Source: Rhodosorus marinus CCMP1338 (taxonomy: Eukaryota > Plantae > Rhodophyta). Taken from it: DNA of 64,000 bases. Shown piece after piece: positions 36,736 through 49,023 of the stretch. The translations under genes were made by a program, and so were the position numbers. The notes below the pieces were generated by a model, which saw nothing but the letters and a program-made list of their open reading frames with translations, was not told where the DNA came from and ran no database searches. How positions within the stretch are numbered: the first letter of the stretch is position 1; every line of letters begins with the position of its first letter. The DNA lies in assembly GCA_029953675.1 (NCBI GenBank), contig JAMWBK010000003.1, positions 1-64,000 on the forward strand. Direction: 5' to 3'.

Positions 36736-37934
36736 CTACTTATTAGCACAATTGCACGTCCCGGTTGGACTAACTATAGTAATCGCGCAGGAGTTGTCCA
36801 CCCGATATTGATCAACGGTCTTACACTGATTTCCAATCTCATCAATGCACTCGCCTTTGGCCACGTTACAACAAGCACATTCACCGGTGGCAAGACGATA
36901 TCCCTGCAAGTAGGATTCAAGTGATCGAAGGTAAGTCTTCAGGTTTGGGAGTTCGAAATGATGAGTTGGGTATGGGAGAGTGTATTAAACAGGGCCGTAC
37001 CACTTCGCCTGAAATATCACATACATCCTGAACCAGCGCACACACAGGAAATAGAGTATCTGGAAAGCCTGGAAAGGAATTGAAAATACATCTATCCTCT
37101 GCACTACATGTACACGTGCACATACCCGTGTCATCCTCAAGGAACTGCGAAAGTAAATAAAGAAGGAGAGCACTGTTAAAACCATTCTGGAAACAGTTCC
37201 TGGTCTAAGAGTTACACAACAGAATATGCAAGTATGCTCACCGAAACTTCACTGCTACATACGATATCCGAGAACTTGTCTCTAGAGATACAAACAGGGT
37301 CAGCTCCAGGGTCCAGCTGGTACGAACACTGCGTTAAGGGATCACAGCTACATTGAATTGGCACCTCGCATACTGTGACGCCGGGTCCTTGGGCGTCTCC
37401 GTTCGTGCAGACCTCTCTACCGGCAAATGGCTCAGCCTTGATACTTTTCGAATCTCCTTCCTTGACGATGGCGTTGGTCACTAAATAGAGAGTGGAGTCT
37501 TCGCAACATCCGCGATCATCCGCTGCAATCTCATCTTGACATATGACCATGCTTAACTTTCGTACAAGAGTGTCGGCAGGAAGACCCTTCTTCCGCAGGT
37601 GCTTAGACACATTCCTTCGGTTGGGGTATTTCACTGGTGCAGAAATGAGCTCTCGCGTCGCAAAGAGACCCGCCCTGATACTCACCAGGCTAAACGAAGG
37701 GACTGCCGTGAAGGTTAACCTCACACACAAGGGATCCCTGTCGGGTTGGGCCCGAATACCAACGGTAGCGACTGTGACGCCCTCAAACCCGAGCTTCAAA
37801 GTGTTTTCACCCACGACCTCTATGGATCGACCCAGGCCGCCCTGAGCCACAGCAAGACATGTCTGGGCCTTCACGGATACCGTGATAAGCAACAAGATCC
37901 CAGAAAAACACAACCACGTCCTCATCCTCTTCAA
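36736..37934 (-). CDS. Secreted Cys-rich family member, 3 exons (37934-37242, 37144-37001, 36903-36736), ~334 aa
   Basis: Signal peptide; two 97-bp phase-0 GT-AG introns give a continuous Cys-rich frame to a TAG; the second donor could alternatively be the GTATGT slightly upstream. Confidence 0.75.
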
Positions 37935-38774
37935 TAACTACAAAACAACGAAAGAGCCTCTGGCCGAGTACACGGATGACCACCGCTGAAGAGCAGTAAA
38001 ACCTCGTTTTTACCAAGAACAGAACGACCAGGAAGTACGCGACAGATAACCACCCACACCTCTTCCACCAACCCTCCTTCCTCCCCGTACGAGCAACTGA
38101 CTCGCTCCTTAGACAATTTATGTCATGAGAAACGTCTAATGATTAGGGGAGAAAGTATGCCAGTCTTGAGCGGTGATAGGAGACCGGCCTATAAAGTTGA
38201 TCGTAACGTGCACGAGGGGCTTAAGCAAGACGATATTTGATGTCTTTGGGGTCGTTCACGTTCCCTTGGGATATGACAAAACAGCAAGAGTAACCCGACG
38301 TGAGACGCAATTCAACTGCTGGAAACGCAGAACTCGCACTAGGCTTTCTCGTGGGGATCAAGCCTAAACATATGGAGGTTTCTACAAAAACGTCCAACAG
38401 AAAAGTAAGCACACATACAATTGATACAACGGCGGAAAATACGAGTGTGCGCTCGCTCACATCTGAAAGAGCTTCCCCCCCAAAAAACCGTCGGAAAACG
38501 ATGCCGACATATCAGACGCTTGCTCTAAAATTTTTTCAATTCAGAAAACAGTGTGTCCGAAAAGTTTGTCATCCGTGCACATTCTCATGTGCCCACAAAA
38601 CCATCGTCCATATCTGAAAAAGCTTACAAAAAAAGCTGTTGTACAACAATTCATTTCCGTTGTTGGATAACGATGCAGAGAGATCAGATAGTTGTTTCAT
38701 TCAAAAAATGAAACAAAAGTTCTTCATCCGTGCCATATATGGCGTTCTAATATCTCCACCAAACCACTGATCGG

Positions 38775-39118
38775 ACGGATCTGCCGCCGCCAGTATGAGA
38801 CGCCGCAAAGAGATCAAATACGCGGGGCTTTGTCTTCCCCTGGTGTTCGTGCTTCGGCACTAGCACATCGCTTGGTACTCCTGATCATTGAGTGCTTTGG
38901 GTTCATGGACTCTGTTGGTTCTCGCTGGCTTCGGGAGTTGTTCCGCGAACGCCCTGACCGTCTTCAATCGTTGTTTATCCGCTTAAGTTTCCTGCTGTGG
39001 CGCATGAATGCCGCTTTGATGTTGGAGGCGCGAGTTCTTCGCCGCACTTAGTCTTTTTTTCTCCTCGGGGTTTTTTTCTTTCAGCCTTCGATTCCTCCGA
39101 TTAAACCATTCGTTCGAT
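38775..39118 (+). mobile_element. Family C 3' fragment
   Basis: Near-identical to 43653-43990; tail ATTAAACCATTCGTTCG. Confidence 0.9.
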
Positions 39119-39679
39119 CGAACGACACGAATAGTAGCTGTCATAAAAAGTACGATAAAATGATGTCTATGGAATATGCAATAAACGAAGAAAATCCACT
39201 CATCTTTCAACGAAAAGCTTTGGAAGATCTGTCCGATTTTGAGCAGTTTACTAGACAATGTTTTCAAAAGTTTTCAATCCAAATTCAAGTAATTCTTATT
39301 CGTTTATTTCTTATTTCGTTGCCTAACTTTTTTATCGGACAACTCAAGACAAACAGACAATCTCTTTCGGAGAAAAAAAAATCTCCGCTGGGCGCTTACC
39401 GATGAGACGATAAAAAGCTCCCAAATAGATGCAGTTTTCAGATATTGTCTGCACCCTCTCAATTCATATATAATTTAGCGGCTACCAAGTCTCTTTATGT
39501 AAAAGAGATAAGTTTCGAAGGATCCCGTTCGGATGGGTAAAAATATCGACTAAACTAAATATATCAGACGTTGTAAAGGAAAAACGGTTTTAGCTTTTAC
39601 GATTGGTCGGCTTTGGCTACCGGCATGCCGCATAATTCGTTTGGATAGTATTCGGGATTTGTCACGTGGGGAAGTGAAG

Positions 39680-39902
39680 TATTTTTGATCGAAGATTTCA
39701 AAGAAACAACCCCGTGGGGAAAAAAAGACTACGCGCGGCGAATAGAGCCCGTCTCCAACATTAAAGCAGCGTTCAGACGCCCCAGCAAGAAACTTAAACG
39801 GGTGTGTACAACGAGCACAGACTGTCAGGGCGTCGCCGAACAATTCCCAAAGCCAACGAGAACGGAATCCATTCGATTCCTTGGGAGGACGGTAAAGCAA
39901 GG
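39680..39902 (-). mobile_element. Degraded family C-like 3' fragment
   Basis: Translates ..GFRSRWLWELFG..; AAAAAAGACTACGCGCGGCGAA terminus. Confidence 0.65.
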
Positions 39903-40195
39903 CCAGGTCCAACGTTTGTTTGAGCTCCCGCTCGGAAGCGTTAAAAACATCGACTATACCAGGTCCAACGTTTGTTTGAGCTCCCGTTTGCAAGCGTTAA
40001 GAGCATCGACTATACCAGGTCCAACGTTTGTTTGAGCTCCCGTTCGGAAGTGTTAAAAACATCGACTATACCAGGTCCAACGTTTGTTTGAGCTCCCGTT
40101 TGGAAGGGTTAAGAGCATCGACTATTATATACCAGGTCCAACGTTTGTTTGAGCTCCCGTTCGGAAGTGTTAATAACGTCGATTAAACCAGGTCA
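39903..40195. repeat. Minisatellite, 56-bp unit x5 (one unit 61 bp), alternating A-B-A-B-A variants
   Basis: CCAGGTCCAACGTTTGTTTGAGCTCCCG at 39903, 39959, 40015, 40071 and 40132. Confidence 0.95.
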
Positions 40196-40199
40196 TGGT

Positions 40200-40700
40200 T
40201 TAGTGCGAAAAAACGGCTCGCCAGCCAGTCAGGCTTGGGTGCAGGTGGGCAGGGAGTCTAGTACAAGATGACATCGCCGATTGGAGCTCGAGAAACAAAC
40301 CACTCGCACTTTCAGAGATACTAGAGTGTCGATTATCGCTGGAAAGACTGACCTCCAAGTTTCGGAAAATCGACACACATGACGCGCTCAGCGTCGTGAG
40401 GGCGGTGCCCCTTCCCAAGACCCGACCGCGGCCGGTGGTTGGATAACAGCTCGGTTACAGAGGCTTAAACCACCCAGACATAGAGGGAGGCCCACTTGGC
40501 CACGAGCGATATCACGGGTGGGGTGCGGAAGATGACCCAACTCCTCATCTAAGAAATGTCCCAGCTCACCTCGGACAGAGTGCGCTACTCACGGAGGACT
40601 TATAAGCACTAGATGTCATTCGAATAAAGCCAGGAGATGCGTATAGATTCGTGTCCGTTTTTCTTGCGTGACAAGCTGCTCCACGGTATGGTAGCACTAC
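40200..40700 (-). mobile_element. Degraded family C ORF2 middle fragment
   Basis: Translates LFLELQSAMSSCTRLPAHLHPSLTGWRAVF, matching C LFLELQTALNSCTSLPETVQPRLPDWRAVF. Confidence 0.7.
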
Positions 40701-40724
40701 ACGCGGATGACACGCTATGTGTAG

Positions 40725-40890
40725 CTAGAGTTGCTCGGGTGTCGTTTACCGGCCTTGTTAGGACTTGACAGGTACTTAAGCGTTGGTTTCACCTTGTAGT
40801 CGATGGAATAGCTTGAAGTAAAAGATGACCAAAGAGGTCCAAAGGTTATCCAGAAATCAGTAGTCTGAACTTTGCTGTGAGCAAAAGCAA
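40725..40890 (+). mobile_element. Partial Copia LTR
   Basis: Aligns with the 3' half of the LTR at 50838-51000. Confidence 0.9.
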
Positions 40891-42093
40891 AAGACATAAC
40901 ACTCACAGTCCTAGTTTTATTTAAAACATCGTTTCATATATAAGATACACGAATAAATTTGTTCAATATTTTCGTGAAAACATGTCCATTAGCGGAGTTA
41001 ACGTTTAACCCCCGAAATTCCTTCCTGTCACGAACTGTTTTCGTTTTATTTTTTACTGACCAAATTGTCCTTATAAGTGGTGGTTTTACTGGTGGTAGTT
41101 TCTGATGGAAACCACCAGGTGCGCATCTAAGACTTGCGCGTGGGCGTGGTGGCCATGTAACCCCCACTCGGTACTCAGTTTTTTGGCAGTTGGATGTCGT
41201 CGTCTTGAATTTTTATCCGTTGTCTCTTTATCCTCTTCCCTGGAACTTCACATATGAAATCTTCTATCCGAAAATCTGTCTATCCGAAATTTTCGATGGA
41301 GGATAGAAGAAGACTTCAGATGGTTTCCCATGAAACCTGGTACCATGGCCTTTTCGATTCGAAATCTTGTTGTCCAAAAGGGGGTTCCATAGCAAGAGGC
41401 ACCACCCCGAACTGCCTCTTTTCCTTATCCAACCTGAGTATTTGTAGCTGTCCATCTATTTTACGTAGCTGCAGGCTGAATGACGTTGACGCTTAGTGCA
41501 GCCAATAACAACCTCAACTTCCGAGATGTTTCAATAATCACGGGGAAAAACAATTATGACGGAAAACTGTTTGCGGAAACGTATGGGTGAGCTTTTGAAA
41601 AATCAGGATTGAAGTAGCTTCGCAAGCGTTTCACGGACCATCCCATGGAGTATCTTTCCTTCCTCACCCCTCCCCGCGTCGGTTCGGTGTCGCTTTGTGG
41701 CCATATTCTAGAAAATGGTGGCTGTACCGGTTGTTACCACTATTGAATATTGCTACTCCTCCCTCCGTCTCGCCGGGGTGTTTAGTACGGCCCTGAATGG
41801 ACTTGCTGAAAAAAAAAACATAGGGAGGGGAAGGTCTTGACGTTATCGATCTGATGTTATGGCTGCTTTGCACAGATATTCACCAACAGTCTTGTACGTG
41901 TTTCACAGGATACCGAGTTGGCTATAAATAGAGCACTTGTCGATCTCTGGTCTGCTTGCACCCGGTGGTGAGGCAAGAAGGCTGCTGGGTTTGGCAATGT
42001 TTTCGGAGTGTAAGGAGAAAAGAGTATCTGGACGCCGAGGGAGTGGGGGGTTGGGAAGGATTTAGTTGGCGTAGTTTGAGCGTTGTGGACGAG

Positions 42094-42995
42094 ATGGTGA
42101 GAGTGGCCATCTTTTGTGTGTTCAGCCTGGCATTGCTGGGTATGGCGAGGTCCACCACGTGTTCTGATGAACCCGATTTCTCGCAATTTATTGCCTATAA
42201 TAGCAGTTATGACCTGGTCGACCGTGTTGGCGGGCGGTTCGGGGTGCTCAATGTGGCCGTGGAGGAGCGTCCAGACGCGAACTTCTTTAAAATGGATTTT
42301 ACTGCTTTGCCGGGCTTACTTCTGCGGAAAGTCAGGGTGGGCCTGTTCGCGTCTGGCGGGATAGATGTTGAGGGGAACAACAGATACACGAGGAGAAGGA
42401 ATTTTTCTAGGCTCAGCTCGGACCCAACTACAAATGAGGGGTCACTTAGGATAAAGGCCAGCGAGATCCCGGTGCTCGCGCCCGACATCACCTGCTGTGG
42501 AGCCCAGCTTGATTTTTACGCGTTCGCTCTGGTCCAACACCCGGGCGACTTTCCAGACGTGCGGGTGTTTATAAAACCGTCAGGTACTGACGTTTCATGC
42601 AGAGTGCCGAATCCGAAGAAACCGTTCCTGCAGATCTGCCCTATAGAAGCTTTCTGCACCACTTGCCTTCCGACCAAGTGCGAAATTCCGGGGACAAGCT
42701 CCCAATGCACGGAGCCCGAGTTGTTTACGGAAAAATGCCAACTGAATCAGGTTTGTCCACAGCTATTCTCTTGCCTCCGCTCTCGCGGACCACTTACCTA
42801 CGCCCAACACGCCAACCTATTTCTGAGTCTCAAACCTCTATGTGCTCACGTGCCTTTCAGAAAGGTATTCTTGACCCCTTGACAGGATTGTGTGGTTGCC
42901 AGCTCCTCAAGTGCCCCCTAGATCAGTGCATCGACTCCCATGCCTGTCTAAGCGTTTCAGCATTTCAACCACAGTGTCCTGTTAACATGGTATGA
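42094..42995 (+). CDS. Secreted Cys-rich family member, at least 2 exons (42094-42750, 42861-42995; possibly more after GTATGA at 42990)
   Basis: Signal MVRVAIFCVFSLALLGMARS; family motifs; phase-0 intron CAG/GTTTGT..TTTCAG joins to KGILDPLTGLCGC. Confidence 0.75.
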
Positions 42996-43652
42996 AGGAA
43001 ACGTCATCACCAAGGAATCCCCCACCAAAGGGGTGACAAATCTCAACCTCCAGTTACACAAACGAATTTCTAAGAGCATAGCTTTTTCTGTCCGTGTTTC
43101 CCTGAAGGTTGCAACTCAAGGGCGTGGCGGCCTGTGTGAATGTATGTTGGGGGGCCCTGTAAGGCCGGAGTAACCCCTGACTAACCTAATAGCATAGTTT
43201 TTGTTCCATCCCTTTGATATTGTTGGGTTTGTAAGAGGTGACGACCTGTTCATACGTACATCGGAAGTTGTCTGTGTGCTAGCTGTGTGCTTCTTCTAAG
43301 AGGAGACCGAGCTCTGTATAAATCAGGCTGTTACTATCCCAATTATCGTCATATATGATATGTAAATGAATGTATGCGCATTATATTAGATTAGGTATCA
43401 TGCATGAACGAGCAGCCCCAACGCGAATCCCACCCCGAATGCGAATCCCAGCCCGTCATCTTGGGTGACTAAAGCTAAGAGCTTGAACAATGGGTGCACT
43501 CCACCTCTGCCAGTGGACTATAAATTGTTCCTTTTGGCCTTATTCTCGCCGTGTCGCTTGGCACGCTCACACTTACGGATTTTCTCCCTAATTCGGCTCG
43601 CGGAAGCGAGCCTGCCAACCTCTCCTGCTCCACACCCACTTGGACAGTTTCG

Positions 43653-46600
43653 AAACGAATGGTTTAATCGGAGGCTGAAAAAAAAAACCCGAGGGGAAAA
43701 AAAGACTAAGCGCGGCGAAGTACTCGCGCCTCCAACATCAAAGCGGCATTCATGCGCCACAGCAGGAAACTTAAGCGGGTAAACAACGATTGAAGACGGT
43801 CAGGGCGTTCGCGGAACAACTCCCGAAGCCAGCGAGAACCAACAGAGTCCATGAACCCAAAGCACTCAATGATCAGGGGTACCAAGCGATGTGCTAGTGC
43901 CGAAGCACGAACACCAGGGGAAGACAAAGCCCCCGCGTATTTGATCTCTTTGCGGCGTCTCATGCTGGCGGCGGCAGATCCACGGCGCTCCCCCGCAGCC
44001 GGGAGATAACGACTAGCTTGAGGGTTAGGAACAGCAAGATCAACGTATGTGGTACGGCGGCTGTCGTCACAGGTGATCACCAGGTCGGCTACACGGCGTT
44101 CATCATTTTGAAAGTCCGCGACGGGTAAAGGTTTCTCACGTTCGATTTCCAGACCGGCTTGCCGGACTATAGGCCGAAGTTCCCGGTATAACAGGTTCAA
44201 GATCCGTGTATGGCGGCGGGTTCGAGCACCTTTCACCGCCGGGCAACTAGCGAGCAGGTGGGCGCCAAAATCTGCGTTGTCTTCAGTCTGAGAGCAGAGG
44301 GGGCACGACGAACCCATCTCGTACGGCCAAGGGGGCTGATGTAAGCCGAGGTATAAGCGCAGTGAAGTACGCACTTTGTAATCCGACAGTGTGAGTGGCG
44401 GAAAGGCTGGTACGGTCATGAGCCACTGAGAGCTAATAACCCCTCCAAGACTACGTAGGCGGGCGCGAGCGCGAGAAGATGAGACCATCTGCGCGAGGAG
44501 TCGGCCATATGCAGCACGGTGCAAGTCCCAAGAAAGGATATTTTGCAGCGCATCCGTGCGTGCTTGAGCTCGGCTCCCAGCGCGCTGGGAATCATCAGGA
44601 GGATCAACTGGAACTTCTTCTTCTGCGGCAACCACTGGGTCAATCTCCCCTAGAACAGGTTCAGGCGCAGGACGAATCCCCGGGGTGGAGCCTCGAGAGC
44701 GGTCAAATACAGCTCGCCAGTCAGGAAGACGGGGTTGAACGGTTTCGGGGAGACTAGTACAGGAATTCAGGGCGGTTTGGAGCTCCAGAAACAAGTCTTG
44801 GGCGCTTTCCGGTACGCTGGGAAGCAAGACACCCCGCGAGAGGCTCGCCATCAAATTGCGGAACTTCGAGATACCCAAGCTGGTCAAAGTGGGAAGTGCG
44901 GTTCCCCAGGCCCCTACTGCGGCTGCAGGTTGGACCACAACACGATTGCTGAGGCCCAGTCCCCCCAATCGCAATGGGAGGCCTACCTGGGCGCGCACAA
45001 CATCACAGGTGGGTCGCGGCAGAGCGCTCAGCTCTTCATCGAGAAAATACCCCAGGTCACGGAAACTTTCAGCATCCGCACGAGTGGCCAACCACCGGCC
45101 CCAATGAGTTGGAAGTGAGCGAAGCCAATAGGTTAACCGCTGACTGCAACAATACCGAAACAGCAACAACGAGCACTGGAGAAAGCCCGGAGGGAGCCGT
45201 CGAAGCTCTGCAACCAGCTGTCTGTGCTTACCGAGGAGCTGCAGCAACTCGCCTTCAACGAAGGACGGCGACCCGTAGGGGATGCCTAAGTGGACAAAAC
45301 CATCCGGTCTCCAAATATCCTGGAACGACGCAGGTACCTGCTGCTCTTGTGCAGCTACACCTCCCCAGTAGAACGATTCGTGATGATTAACTTCCAAGTC
45401 CCCCCGCGAAGCCAAGGAGCGGAGACTATCATAAGCGAGCGCTAGAGTATCAGGGGGCACAGGAGGCACACGTCGTCGTGGTATGCAACCGTACGAACCT
45501 GCGGGAATTCGGAGCGAAGACAAAGCAAGACGAGTTGTAGTCCACAGGCATGTAGGAAAGGGGACAAGGGATCACAAGAGAGAGAAGCGAAATAAAGACG
45601 TTCGAGGTCCTCAAAGTCGCCGGAAAGGAACATTTGCAGTTTTCGGCGAGGGTGGACCCGGCGAGGATGTGGGTTGAGGGGGACGGTAGAGGAGGTGAGC
45701 ACGAGACGGGGAAAAAAGAACAAGAGTTCCCAGCGAAGGGAGCAGTGAGGGTTCGCGGCGACCTGCTGCCAGAGAAAATCCAACACCAATCCTAGGGGCT
45801 TATGAAGTCGACGAGGGAGCCGTACGGCCGTGATCTGACGACAAAGGGGAAGGGAACCGTCCGGGTAGGAGGCGACAAGATGAGAAAACCACGAGAGAAC
45901 ACGCTCATGCCAGGCTGAGCGGTCACTGGTAAACAGGGGTAGACGGGACGACACGCACGCGGAGGAGGAAGACTCAGACATCGGGCCTCCCCTCAGTCGG
46001 GAAGGCAGATCGAATATCCGGAGGAGGTGCCTCGGAGGGAGGCTCAGGAGCCGCACGACGCTTACTTGGGGGGCGCACGAAGGTACAAAAAGACCTGAAG
46101 AAGGTAGACACAGGGTTTTCAGCAGCGGAGTCTTGACTGAGGGTGTCCAGAGCCAGCGGATTCGGAGAGGCCGATGGTGCTTCTGCCATGTCGGTGTCAC
46201 GAGCCTCGGAGACAGGGCGAGGGGAGGAAGGGTGCTCAAGAGTCGGCTGCAGAAGGTCAAATGCAGGGTGGGCTTCCAGCAGGGTGGCCTCAGTGGAGAG
46301 GAAGGCCTCTAGCGCGGTGCGGAGGACCCCGCGAGGAGGAAAACGCGCGAAGAGGCTCGCCTGTATGCGCGAGAGCCGCGCCGCATGAGTGTGTAGCGCG
46401 ACAACCGAAGCCCGCGAGGCATCCAGGTTTTGCAAGGCCGACGGAGGAACCCAGCCGGCGTCAAAACGATCGAACTCGACAAACAAAGAGACATGAGGAC
46501 GAGTCAGTATCATGTTGGCCAGAGCAGAGCGCTGGGGCGCGGGGGTGGTTACAAGCGATTGAAGGAACTGGTAAGCCGAGTCAGTAACAAGAAAACAGGC

Positions 46601-47480
46601 ATGAGGGCCCGTGAAGTCCACATATAGGAATTCAGACGGGGCGACCCCAAGGAGGAAGCCATGGTGTCGCGAAAATCGCGGTAGTGGACGGGCGCGCGGC
46701 CCCGACCACGAGAGGGGGTCTGGGGACGCACGTTCGTCATCCAAACAAAGTGGAACGGAGATAGTTGGCGAGAAGAGTCAATAGGGATGTGTTGTGGCAT
46801 CATACGCACCATTGCCGTCGTGCGTTGTTCAGAAGAGCCCCTGCGCAGGACCTGCGAATAGGTCGCACGTGGGGCACTGGAGGGAGCAGGATTCGGGCCC
46901 GACGCGGGCCCAGGAGGCGTCTGTCCTTGAATAGGGGTAGGCCAGTCGGAATCAGGAATGACCGGAGCGGAGCGCTCGGGTCGGGTGGAGGCAGGCCCCG
47001 CTGTACCGTGCGGATCCGCGGGGACGGGCACCGGGGGTATGGGGCAGGCGCGGAGGCGGAGAAGCGCTCCAAATAGGCGATCAGCAGGGGCAGGCGGTGT
47101 TCCTGGGAAGCAGTCACAAGAGGACTCGTCAGTTTCGAGCAGATCCCATGGGCTAACTCGTCAGCGCAGTCCGTGAGGGTGGCCGCGGTACTAAACCCGC
47201 CCACGCTGAGCTCCACGCGCGCTGAGAGAACGGCTCCGTCCGCCGGAATGGGTGGGGAAACCCCAACCATAACGATTGGAAGGTGTGAAAAACCGATTCC
47301 CCCACGAAACCCCCAAAAAGAGAACTTGTTCCCAACGTTTGCAACCAAAGAAAAACCACCACGACCTCCAAGGGGCGCTAGCAACCCCCAGCACGCACCA
47401 CACCACTAGAAGATGCGGGGGAAAGGCTGCAGAAAGAAGCGCCTCCCACCGAAGAACACAATTGCGACTCAAAACCACCA
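43653..47480 (-). mobile_element. Family C RLE-type non-LTR element; ORF1 47270-45974 (two frameshifts), ORF2 45981-43706 with an internal RT deletion near 45578
   Basis: YHDD, C-x2-C-x11-H-x4-C, RRHTR, VADLVI..YVDLAV..KEIKY..IIECFG; ORF2 ATG overlaps the ORF1 stop (ATGTCTGA); sequence jumps from LYFASL to CDPLSP. Confidence 0.92.
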
Positions 47481-47829
47481 AACAGTTGAGGTACCCAACT
47501 TGATATGTTCCTGCTAAAGCACTTTATTAAGAGTACAGTTTAGTGAGCGACGACTCATTCCCTACCAAAACGAGAGGGTTTGCCCCAGAAGCGGACCGCC
47601 CTTCATACAGGTCCTTTTCATATACGCCCTGGAACTGGCTCTTGAAGATCTCACCGCGGATTGGAAGCACCTTTTCAACCAGTTAATTCGGACGAGAATC
47701 GATCAAAGTTTAGTTACTTCAGGGAGAAGCCATGGGGACGCAATGAGGCCGTCGTGTAGGCTACTGAGCGCTAAGTTTGCAACAAGCCCCTTCGCATTCT
47801 AATCGCCCTTCCTTTTGCCAAGGGTGTGG

Positions 47830-48380
47830 CAGCCGTATCGACGGATGTGGGTACCATTTTCTGGGCTCTCCCGGACTGCTGTGAGGTCATCGCGCGAAGA
47901 GACACACGCGCCTGAAATACATCCTGAGCTAACACCTGACAAGAGTCTCTACACAGTCGAGGTGGAATCGGCGCTTCCTAATACACCCTTCGCAACCACC
48001 TCTATTCTTTGCATCGCAGATCTCCTGATCTCGGACGCAGCCCCCAGACGCTCAGCATATGTGGACCTCGCCCTGTCACTTGCCCCGTGTCCGGTACTAA
48101 TCTCCCTTCTGCCGCTCTCCGCAGGTGGGCAGCGGCTTCCGTACCTCGCCGGGTAAAGGAACGACGGTACGCTGAGAGCATGGCCAGTCTTCCCGGGAAG
48201 AGGGCCAGTCTCACAGGTTCCAGCCTTTCATTGTGGAAACCTTTGGGCACCCGGAGAAGTCAAGCTCGGAGTGGCTACGTAAGTGTTTCGCAGAATATCC
48301 TGAAGAATATCTGGTGCTCCTCCGCCGTTCAAGTATTGCACTCTGGCGGTATTCTAGCAACATGCTCGCCAACGCGCGTC
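47830..48380 (+). mobile_element. Diverged A/B-type Zn-knuckle/RLE fragment
   Basis: Translates VEVESALP..CIADLLISDAAPRRSAYVDLA..KERRYAESMASL. Confidence 0.85.
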
Positions 48381-48733
48381 ACTGCCGCGCGACCCGAACA
48401 GCTGTCGGTCCTGTTTTTGCCGTACTTGATCCTGTGGTTGCTGAGAAAGCAGAAGTCCCTCATGATCCTCCAGATGGTGGACCGAGCTCTGCGAGTCACG
48501 TCTCCGCACGCACGGATGCATTGCAAAACCCACGCTTTCTTGGGACTTGCATCGTGCTGCCTACGGCCGACTCCTTCCGCAGATGGTCTCCTCTTTCTGA
48601 GATCGCGCCCGCCGGCGTAGCCTTGGAGGGTGTATCAGCTCACAGTGGCTCATGAGCGTCCCCGCTTTTCCGCCACTCATACTGACAGATTTCGAAGTGC
48701 GTGTTGCTTTTGCGGTGAGCAAAAGCAACATTG

Positions 48734-48747
48734 GGTTATGAGCCCAG
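48734..48747 (+). promoter_or_regulatory. Primer-binding site GGTTATGAGCCCAG (internal, half-molecule tRNA-iMet type)
   Basis: 3 nt after the LTR end; same motif class as the Drosophila copia and yeast Ty5 PBS. Confidence 0.8.
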
Positions 48748-49023
48748 AGTTCGAGACTAGGATACAAAATGATTTCTGAGGAAAGGCAGTTGACACCTAG
48801 ACTGGCAGAGGTAAACTATCCCGAGTGGTGCTTCCGGATAAAGAGGGCAGCCACCAAGCGGGGGCCGGCGGTCCTGGAGGCGCTGACGGACGGCGTGCAA
48901 CACGCAGCGGAACCGCCATCCTCAATCACGAGATCCTAACAAGGAGAACACACCCCGGAAAAGGTCAAGAGTCCGGAGGTAAGAACAAGTACCAGAACAA
49001 CGCGGAGACCGAACTGGTTTACT

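Noticed and set aside
39903-40195. Possible CRISPR array
   Set aside because: Contiguous 56-bp units with no unique spacers, no cas genes, eukaryotic context
41956-42093. Upstream extension of the 308-aa ORF
   Set aside because: Non-ATG start; the ATG at 42094 begins a typical signal peptide
47500-47760. Protein-like short reading frame on the minus strand
   Set aside because: No start, splice context or recognisable motif to support a call
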